From: Patescibacteria group bacterium
GTDB taxonomy: Bacteria; Patescibacteriota; Patescibacteriia; JAACEG01; JAGUWE01
NCBI GenBank assembly: GCA_020062525.1
Contig: JAGUWE010000121.1
Coordinates: forward strand, 1 to 26,583
DNA length: 26,583 nt
Direction of reading: 5' to 3'
Both the position numbers and the translations under genes were made by a program. Numbering within the stretch: the first letter of the stretch is position 1; every line of letters begins with the position of its first letter. Positions 17,779-24,166 of this stretch are shown piece after piece. The notes under the pieces were generated by a model. The model had not been told where the DNA came from. It was given only the letters and a program-made list of their open reading frames with translations, and did no database searches.

Positions 17779-18843
17779 TTGTTATTTGTGACTCGGCGCA
17801 AAACAAAAAAAATCAAAGTTGGCAAGATTTATATCGGTGGTAATGCACCAATTAGCGTGCAATCAATGTGTGATACCGATACCAGAAATATTAAGGCAAC
17901 TGTTAAACAAATTAGAGCTCTAGAAAGAACCGGTTGCGACTTAATAAGAGTTGCTGTGCCAGATATTAAGGCAGCTTTGGCCCTCGGAAAAATTAAAAAA
18001 CAAACCCGAATCCCTTTAGTTGCTGATATTCATTTTGATTATAAATTGGCTTTGATTGCAATTGAGCAAGGCATAGATAAATTAAGGATTAATCCGGGCA
18101 ACATTGGTTCGGAGGAAAAAATCAAACAACTCATTGCTTTAGCTAAAAAGAAAAAAATACCAATTAGAATAGGTGTTAACGGGGGTTCATTGGAAAAAGA
18201 TATTTTAAAAAAACATCAGGGCAAGGTTACAGCCCAAGCAATGGTTGAATCAGCTTTGAGGCACATCAAAATTTTAGAAAGAAATAATTTTCGCCAAATT
18301 TTAATTTCACTTAAAGCCAATGACATTGCCAGAACAGTTGAGGCCTATCAACTATTAGCGCCTCGCGTTAATTATCCTTTTCATCTTGGCATCACCGAGG
18401 CAGGAACAAAATTCGTCGGCACTATCAAATCAGCCATTGGCCTTGGTGTTTTATTAACTGAAGGTATCGGCGATACTATCCGTGTTTCCTTAACTGCGGA
18501 GCCGTTGGAAGAGATAAAAGTGGGGCGCGAAATTCTTAAGGCGCTTGATTTACTCAATGAAGGTTGTCGAATAATTAGTTGTCCTACTTGCGGCAGAACT
18601 GAATTTGATATTAAGACCTTGACTGAACGCATTGAAAATGAGACAAAAAAGATAAAGAAACCGCTTAGAATCGCTATTATGGGTTGTATTGTTAATGGTC
18701 CGGGTGAAGCGCGCGAGGCCGATGTTGGCGTGGCAATGGGAAAAACCAAAGGAGTCATTTTTCGCCAGGGGAAAATCATTGACACTGCTGAAAAAGAAGA
18801 CATTTTTGAAAAACTTATGATACAAATAAATAAATTGAAATAA
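17779..18843 (+). CDS. ispG: 4-hydroxy-3-methylbut-2-en-1-yl diphosphate synthase (start may be GTG 17788)
   Basis: ISVQSM, PLVADIHFD, RINPGNIG, RIGVNGGSL, HLGITEAG, IGDTIRVSL, CPTCGR, MGCIVNGPGE. Confidence 0.97.
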   Translation: MLFVTRRKTKKIKVGKIYIGGNAPISVQSMCDTDTRNIKATVKQIRALERTGCDLIRVAVPDIKAALALGKIKKQTRIPLVADIHFDYKLALIAIEQGIDKLRINPGNIGSEEKIKQLIALAKKKKIPIRIGVNGGSLEKDILKKHQGKVTAQAMVESALRHIKILERNNFRQILISLKANDIARTVEAYQLLAPRVNYPFHLGITEAGTKFVGTIKSAIGLGVLLTEGIGDTIRVSLTAEPLEEIKVGREILKALDLLNEGCRIISCPTCGRTEFDIKTLTERIENETKKIKKPLRIAIMGCIVNGPGEAREADVGVAMGKTKGVIFRQGKIIDTAEKEDIFEKLMIQINKLK

Positions 18844-18889
18844 ATAAAAACCACGGGAGAAACGTGGATAAAACAAAATCAAAAAAAAT

Positions 18890-19558
18890 ATGAGCCAAGA
18901 AACAACCAAAAACAAAAAAACCAAAGATGTCTTTGATGAAATAGACGATTTGGAACTGCCAGTAGAATCAAAAGGTAAGAAAAAAGAAGAAAAAATTTCA
19001 GCCAAAGTCAAAATTAATCTCACTGAATTAAAAGCCGGATTGCAAAAAATTAAAAATGAAGCAACTCAACTTCTTAACTTAATTGAAGAAGTTGATGTAG
19101 GGGAAGAGTTGGTTGAATTAGATGTAAGTCAAGAAAAATTGCCACTCGTTAGTCCCGAAGTTAAAATTGGTAAGGCCGGTGAAAAAATTATTGAAGGTGT
19201 CTTTGACGGCCAAAATATGGTTGGGCCGGATGGCAAGATTTATTCAGTGCCGGCTAACTATGCTTCAAAATCAAAACTTATTGAAGGTGATATTCTGAAA
19301 CTGACCATTCATAACGACGGCTCATTTATTTTTAAACAAATTGGTCCGGTAGAACGAGAAAGGGTAATCGGTTGTCTCATTTTTAATGAAGCAAAAAGTC
19401 AGTATTATGTGGTTTTAGGCGACCAAAAATGGAAGGTTCTGACCGCTTCCGTGACTTATTTTAAAGGCAAAGTTGGTGATGAAGCAGTAATTTTGGTGCC
19501 CAAAGATTGCCAAAGCCGCTGGGCCGCGGTGGAAAATATTATCAAAAAGTTTGAGTAG
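18890..19558 (+). CDS. Conserved hypothetical protein (acidic/coiled N-terminus, beta-rich C-terminus)
   Basis: IIEGVFDGQNMVGPDGKIYSVPANYASKSKLIEGDILKL segment resembles a CPR-conserved unknown family I recall; no function recognised. Confidence 0.75.
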   Translation: MSQETTKNKKTKDVFDEIDDLELPVESKGKKKEEKISAKVKINLTELKAGLQKIKNEATQLLNLIEEVDVGEELVELDVSQEKLPLVSPEVKIGKAGEKIIEGVFDGQNMVGPDGKIYSVPANYASKSKLIEGDILKLTIHNDGSFIFKQIGPVERERVIGCLIFNEAKSQYYVVLGDQKWKVLTASVTYFKGKVGDEAVILVPKDCQSRWAAVENIIKKFE

Positions 19559-19614
19559 ACAATACAATTTATTACCTGAAATAAAATATTATTAAACTAA
19601 TTTTTGAACCAAAA

Positions 19615-19731
19615 AATTCAAAAATCAAAGTGCAAAGTGCAAAATGACAAATCAAAATGTAAAAAGAGTTAATTAAAATAATTTTGAATTTTACATTGTC
19701 ATTTTTATATTTGATTTTTGCATTTTGAATT
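19615..19731. repeat. Paired inverted heptamer arrays (long imperfect hairpin)
   Basis: Left TTCAAAA ATCAAAG TGCAAAG TGCAAAA TGACAA ATCAAAA TGTAAAA; right TTTTGAA TTTTACA TTGTCA TTTTTAT ATTTGAT TTTTGCA TTTTGAA. Confidence 0.75.
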
Positions 19732-19739
19732 ATTTTTTT

Positions 19740-20843
19740 ATGTCTACTCTTTATCGCAAATACCGGCCGCAAAAGTTTTCAGAACTGGTCGGTCAAAATC
19801 ATATAAAAATAACACTGCAGAATGAAATCAGGATGGGCAAATTAGCCCATGCTTTTATCTTTGCTGGCCCACGGGGCATTGGTAAGACCACCACCGCTCG
19901 TCTTTTAGCCAAAACCATTAATTGTTTAAACAATAAAGATGAGCCAACTGAGCCCTGCAATGCTTGTTTCGCTTGTCAAGAAATAACCAACACCATTGCT
20001 TTTGATGTTATAGAAATTGATGCTGCTTCTCATACTGGCGTTGATAATGTCAGAGAAAATATTATTACAACCGCTAAGATTAGCCCGGCGCGACTAAAAT
20101 ATCGCGTTTTTATCATTGACGAGGTTCATATGCTTTCCGGTGCTGCTTTTAATGCCCTTTTAAAAATTTTAGAAGAACCGCCGCCAAATGTTGTTTTTAT
20201 TTTGGCCACCACCGAAATTCATAAAGTGCCGGCAACTATTATCTCGCGCTGTCAACGGTTTGATTTTAAAAAGATAAGCCCCAAGGAGATTGTGGTGCTC
20301 TTGGCTTCTATTGCTGAAAAAGAAAAGATTAAAATTGACAAAAAAGTTTTGGAAAATATTGCCAGAATTTCCGGCGGCTCAATCCGTGATGCCGAAAGCG
20401 TTTTAGGGCAAATCTTGGCTTTGGGTGAAAGGGAAGTCGGGCTTGAGGAAGCGGACTTGATTTTGCCCCGCTCTGACTTTAACTTGATTTTAGAACTGCT
20501 TAAATATTTGGCCAAAAAAGAAGCTCCGGCGGCCATTGGTTTTATGAATAAAATCGTTTTTGAAGGAATTAATTTAAACCAATTTACCGGGGATCTAATA
20601 GAAATTTTAAGAAAAACACTCCTTCAAAAAATTGGCGGTAATTTAGAACAATTTACTCTTCAGTTAGATGAAACATTAGAAAAAGAAATTATTGACTTGA
20701 ATCAAACTTTAACCCTAACTGATATTATAATGATGATTGAAATTTTCAGCCGAAGAAAGTTAGAAATTAAATCCTCGGAAATTATTCAATTGCCTTTGGA
20801 GTTGGCCGTCATTGAGATAACGGAAAAAATCGGCAAAACTTAA
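19740..20843 (+). CDS. dnaX: DNA polymerase III subunit gamma/tau (short, gamma-length)
   Basis: LYRKYRPQKF, Walker A GPRGIGKTT, Zn motif C..EPCNACFAC, EIDAASHTGVD, IIDEVHMLS, SRCQRF. ATG 19740. Confidence 0.96.
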   Translation: MSTLYRKYRPQKFSELVGQNHIKITLQNEIRMGKLAHAFIFAGPRGIGKTTTARLLAKTINCLNNKDEPTEPCNACFACQEITNTIAFDVIEIDAASHTGVDNVRENIITTAKISPARLKYRVFIIDEVHMLSGAAFNALLKILEEPPPNVVFILATTEIHKVPATIISRCQRFDFKKISPKEIVVLLASIAEKEKIKIDKKVLENIARISGGSIRDAESVLGQILALGEREVGLEEADLILPRSDFNLILELLKYLAKKEAPAAIGFMNKIVFEGINLNQFTGDLIEILRKTLLQKIGGNLEQFTLQLDETLEKEIIDLNQTLTLTDIIMMIEIFSRRKLEIKSSEIIQLPLELAVIEITEKIGKT

Positions 20844-20853
20844 AAAAGTTTAT

Positions 20854-20886
20854 TGCGGGATCGTCTGCCTGCGCAAGCAGGTCTAA
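20854..20886 (+). repeat. Duplicated 5' fragment of tRNA-Gln interrupted by an 18-nt mini-hairpin
   Basis: TGCGGGATCGTCT (20854-20866) equals the tRNA 5' end. Removing 20867-20884 extends the identity to 15 nt. The insert contains CCTGC-GCAA-GCAGG and GTCT is repeated. Confidence 0.7.
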
Positions 20887-20945
20887 CTTGCCCCGCCAAA
20901 TTTAATATTGAATTTTTCTTAAATTCAAAAATTTCTTTTCAGGGC

Positions 20946-21016
20946 TGCGGGATCGTCTAATGGCAGGACAACGGATTCTGGCTCCGTTAATCTAGGTTCG
21001 AATCCTGGTCCCGCAG
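20946..21016 (+). tRNA. tRNA-Gln (anticodon CTG), CCA not encoded
   Basis: Acceptor TGCGGGA/TCCCGCA, D arm, anticodon stem ACGGA/TCCGT with loop TTCTGGC, T loop TTCGAAT, discriminator G. Confidence 0.95.
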
Positions 21017-21405
21017 CTGTGGAAAGAAAATAAATTTGGCGGGGTGAAGTCGTCAATTATGGTTCCGCCCGTTCGCCTGCCCGTGTGAGCGGAGGGATTT
21101 TAGGGGATTAAATTGCGGAAGTATTATTTAACCGGGGAGAAATTACGATTAACGATTGCGGAAGTAAAAAAATAGGTAAAATATTGCGCGATTTCTTGAG
21201 CGATTATTGCGCGGCAAAGGTCCGGCTTCCGCGTATGTGGCCAGATAAAAAAAGATCGCCAAAGACGTTACTTGCCCTTCCAAAGTCCCACAAAACGGGA
21301 CGAAGGATGGGGCGTTGGCATTTGCTCGTCCTGAATTTACTTGTGGTGAACAGAGTTGAGTCCATCGAAGGGAGGATTTAAGGAAATAAATTTAATTTAA
21401 AAATT

Positions 21406-21996
21406 ATGCCAAAAAAGAAAATTAAATCACAAATGGAGTTGTTGCTCGCTTACTTTAAGAAAAATGCGGGTAGAAACATTAAACATCCCGAAATTGTTGA
21501 TTGGGCTACTAATGAGTTTAAGAAAATGACGGGCAAGGTTTTTAGAGACCCAGATCGCGGCATCAGAAAATTACACCAAGATGGTTATTTAATTAAAGTT
21601 GCCAAAGGCATTTACAGGTATGACCACGGCTTCGTAAAAAAACGAGATTTAGAAGATTTTAGCCCGCGAGTCAAAGAGCAGATTTTTAAGAGAGACGGTT
21701 ATAAGTGCGTGATGTGTGGTAGGGGGCGAGCTGATGGAGTAGAGATTCACGCAGACCATATTAAACCAAAAGATTTAGGCGGAGAAGCAGCCTCAGAAAA
21801 TGGCCAGACACTTTGCGCGCAACATAACTTTTTGAAAAAGAACTTGAAACAAACCGAAACGGGTAAGAAATACTTTATCAGGTTATATCAACTTGCCAAA
21901 AAAGAAGGCAATAAACAATTGATCGATTTTTGCTCCCAAATTTTAGAGATCTTTGAGAGGAATAATGTTAACGGACATATAAAGTGGGAGAAATAA
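21406..21996 (+). CDS. HNH endonuclease, probable restriction endonuclease partner of the adjacent methyltransferase
   Basis: IFKRDGYKCVMCG...IHADHIKPKDLGG...ENGQTLCAQHN (Zn-bound beta-beta-alpha-Me fold); N-terminal wHTH-like segment; convergent with a DNA MTase. Confidence 0.82.
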   Translation: MPKKKIKSQMELLLAYFKKNAGRNIKHPEIVDWATNEFKKMTGKVFRDPDRGIRKLHQDGYLIKVAKGIYRYDHGFVKKRDLEDFSPRVKEQIFKRDGYKCVMCGRGRADGVEIHADHIKPKDLGGEAASENGQTLCAQHNFLKKNLKQTETGKKYFIRLYQLAKKEGNKQLIDFCSQILEIFERNNVNGHIKWEK

Positions 21997-22008
21997 ATCT
22001 TTTTGTTT

Positions 22009-23370
22009 TTAGAGTAATTTTCCCTGATTTAATTCTTTATCAACTCTATCTTTGGCAACTTTGCAATACTGCGGTGAAATATCGATGTGGATGAATTGTC
22101 TGCCTGTTTTTGCGGCGACTGCGGCCACCGTTCCCGTTCCGCCGAACATATCAAGTACAGTATTGTCTTTGTAAGAATAAAACTTAATGAGCCTATAAAT
22201 TAAGTCCTCTGGGAACGGCGCTGGATGGCCTTTTCTCTGTGTTTCTGGCCAGATTTGCCAAAAGCCATCAGAAAACTTCATAAACTCCTCTTTGGAGATG
22301 TCCGCGTTTTTAGGATCGCCATCAAGACGATCTTGGTCCTTTGAAAAAATCATCACATACTCCCACGACGGAACAATGTGAGGATTGGCTGGACTTTTAA
22401 AACTGCCCCATGCCGTCCTTTTCAACATGGTTTGTTTATACCAGATAATTTCGGTCCTGAATTTCATGCCAAGTTTTCGGAATTGATTCGCAAAGTCGTG
22501 ATGTATGGGGACGAAATCTTTAATCCCTGTGGGTGCGATATTTAATGCAAAACGGCCGCCCGGCACCAGAACTCTTTTAGTTTCGTGCCAGACCTTATTG
22601 AGCCAATTAAGATAATCCTGATAGTTCATTTTATCGTTGTGGTTATCATAATTTTTGCCGACATTGTAAGGAGGGGAGGTTATTGCCAAATGTATAGAAT
22701 TATCAGGGAGGGTTTTTATAATTTCTAAAACATCGCCGCAAAAGATTTTACCCGGTTCTACTTTTGGTTTTTCGAGAGTATGAATGACGCTTACTACTTT
22801 GCCCTGGATATCAACTGCTCTTACAAAAATTGGCTTAAGAGTTGGATTTGCTGGTTGTAGCCTGAATCCGCGTTTTTCTCTGTAGATTTTTTTAAGGGTT
22901 GTTTCGTTGCCATTTATTAAAGCTACAACATTATCTCCATTTTCTGCTGTTTGCTGTCGTCTAATAATAACAGTGTCACCATCAAAAATGCCCTCGTCTA
23001 TCATACTGCTCCCATTAACTTTGAGGGCAAAATGTTCACCGCTTTTTGTTAAAAAATTTTTAGAAACAGTTATACTTTCTGGTATTGGATACGCTTCAAG
23101 CGGTTCGCCCGCAGTAATAGTGCCCACGATAGGAATTTTTACCAGATCAAATTTTTTATTATCAACCAATTCAATACTTCTCGCACCATAACCGTTTTTT
23201 AAAATAAATCCTTTTTCAATTAATTCTTCTATGTGTTCGGAAATTGTGGAAAGTGCTTTAAGTCGCAAATGCTTTTTAATCTCCTCAAAAGTAGGGGATA
23301 TACCACGCTTTTGTATATACTTTTTGATGTAGTCGTATATTTGCTTTTGACGCTTTGTAAGTGTAGCCAT
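22009..23370 (-). CDS. lexA: LexA repressor (aa 1-about 198) fused to a beta-class N4-C/N6-A DNA methyltransferase (aa about 208-453)
   Basis: LexA HTH (LTKRQ..IYDYI...SPTFEEI), Ala87-Gly88 cleavage site, Ser122 (GSSM), Lys160 (TLK). MTase motif IV SPPY (232-235), HPAPFP, motif I DMFGGTG (407-413). No stop or ATG at the junction. Confidence 0.92.
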   Translation of the reverse strand: MATLTKRQKQIYDYIKKYIQKRGISPTFEEIKKHLRLKALSTISEHIEELIEKGFILKNGYGARSIELVDNKKFDLVKIPIVGTITAGEPLEAYPIPESITVSKNFLTKSGEHFALKVNGSSMIDEGIFDGDTVIIRRQQTAENGDNVVALINGNETTLKKIYREKRGFRLQPANPTLKPIFVRAVDIQGKVVSVIHTLEKPKVEPGKIFCGDVLEIIKTLPDNSIHLAITSPPYNVGKNYDNHNDKMNYQDYLNWLNKVWHETKRVLVPGGRFALNIAPTGIKDFVPIHHDFANQFRKLGMKFRTEIIWYKQTMLKRTAWGSFKSPANPHIVPSWEYVMIFSKDQDRLDGDPKNADISKEEFMKFSDGFWQIWPETQRKGHPAPFPEDLIYRLIKFYSYKDNTVLDMFGGTGTVAAVAAKTGRQFIHIDISPQYCKVAKDRVDKELNQGKLL

Positions 23371-23405
23371 AATGTTGACAAGTTTTACTTATTTATTATA
23401 CTTAT

Positions 23406-23434
23406 ATTATACCCGAAGATTTCCCGAAGGTCAA
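23406..23434 (-). promoter_or_regulatory. Promoter of lexA-MTase with a putative LexA operator in the spacer
   Basis: Minus strand TTGACC (23434-23429), 17 nt, TATAAT (23411-23406); the spacer contains TTCGG-GAAATC-TTCGG (23428-23413). Confidence 0.8.
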
Positions 23435-23441
23435 AAGTAAG

Positions 23442-23450
23442 TTATCCACA
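23442..23450 (+). promoter_or_regulatory. DnaA box
   Basis: Exact TTATCCACA; single copy. Confidence 0.45.
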
Positions 23451-23481
23451 GTTTTAAAAAATAGGCACGAAATTTGGCGGC

Positions 23482-23509
23482 GGCGGGGAAAATTAACTCC
23501 GCCTTTTTT
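23482..23509 (+). terminator. Intrinsic terminator
   Basis: GGCGGGG-aaaattaa-CTCCGCC (one G-U pair) followed by T6. Confidence 0.6.
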
Positions 23510-23597
23510 ATATTAAACTTAGTGATTGCATAGACCCCTTTTGATGAGTTAGAAACTCTATGCTTCAGCATATCCCTTCAGGATATTTATGTTGCTC

Positions 23598-23696
23598 TTG
23601 TCATTCCGCACTTGATGCGGAATCCAGGGATAAACCGTACCAACTCTGGATTCCTGCTCCCCGATTTCTCGAGGACAAGTTTCGCAGGAATGACAA
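23598..23696. repeat. Full-length REP/RPE-like palindromic element
   Basis: 10-bp terminal IR TTGTCATTCC/GGAATGACAA; internal ATTCCGCA-cttga-TGCGGAAT, GAATCCAG/CTGGATTC, TTCCTGC/GCAGGAA. Confidence 0.8.
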
Positions 23697-23947
23697 AAGG
23701 GAGAAGCTAAAATCAAAAAATCTCATTGAACAACCTATGGACTTCCAGTCCATAGAGGTTTATAAACATTCCTGATTGCTCAGAAGAAATACCTTGACCG
23801 ACAGAAAAATTTGAAGAAGTTATAAAAAATTTTAGGAACAATTTAAAAATTATTTACAAAAAATTATTTGCTATTACAAATAGCATATGATATGCTATTT
23901 TATATTGTTCTTGAACAATAAATCCTAAAAAACATAAGGAGGTTTCA

Positions 23948-24055
23948 ATGGCAAAAGAAAGGAAGTCTATAAAGAAAAAAGTCGTTATTGTGCCAAAAGA
24001 CAAGGTCGAATTGGAGCAATTTATTTCCAGGATCCGCGAAACAGAAGTTGTATGA
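23948..24055 (+). CDS. Small ORF, 35 aa (MAKERKSIKKKVVIVPKDKVELEQFISRIRETEVV); not in the ORF track
   Basis: Near-perfect SD TAAGGAGGT (23935-23943) 4 nt before ATG; dyads upstream; hairpin plus T4 downstream. Confidence 0.55.
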   Translation: MAKERKSIKKKVVIVPKDKVELEQFISRIRETEVV

Positions 24056-24100
24056 TACTTTGAAATCTTTGAAAACAAAACAACTTGAACTCAACTTTGA

Positions 24101-24125
24101 CGGTTCTCATTGAGAATCGGCTTTT
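24101..24125 (+). terminator. Probable terminator after the small ORF
   Basis: CGGTTCTC-att-GAGAATCG (8 bp, one G-U pair) then GCTTTT. Confidence 0.45.
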
Positions 24126-24127
24126 CG

Positions 24128-24156
24128 TTGTCATTTTTTATTAAAAGAGGTATAAT
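24128..24156 (+). promoter_or_regulatory. Sigma70 promoter for the glycosyltransferase operon
   Basis: TTGTCA (24128-24133), 17 nt, TATAAT (24151-24156); ATG at 24167. Confidence 0.7.
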
Positions 24157-24166
24157 TAGAGAAAAT

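Noticed and set aside
3580-19731. CRISPR array interpretation of the repeats
   Set aside because: No regularly spaced 23-47-bp repeats with unique spacers, and no cas genes.
19572-19772. 66-aa minus-strand ORF
   Set aside because: Translation of heptamer arrays, overlapping the dnaX start.
20820-20890. E. coli-style programmed frameshift extending DnaX to tau
   Set aside because: The A6 run is not A AAA AAG, and the -1 frame stops at 20884-20886 after about 20 codons, inside the tRNA fragment.
21184-21381. 65-aa ORF upstream of HNH
   Set aside because: TTG start, no recognisable motif, overlaps direct repeats and a REP-like stretch (about 21329-21370).
374-23457. Short shadow ORFs (374-559, 424-606, 3114-3296, 5102-5329, 9279-9488, 9313-9612, 9416-9604, 11699-11881, 13840-14088, 15312-15506, 17249-17449, 18381-18854, 18550-19023, 20252-20536, 22907-23191, 23233-23457)
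   Set aside because: All lie antisense or out of frame within well-supported genes and show no family motifs.
23560-23775. 71-aa ORF (…CHSALDAES…)
   Set aside because: Reads through the RPE-like element and hairpins; a typical repeat-derived spurious ORF.
23442-23930. Replication origin (DnaA box plus AT-rich tract)
   Set aside because: Only one perfect DnaA box, no cluster, no dnaA/dnaN nearby.
23854-24078. 74-aa minus-strand ORF
   Set aside because: Antisense to the SD-led 35-aa ORF, no SD or motif; the plus-strand reading is better supported.
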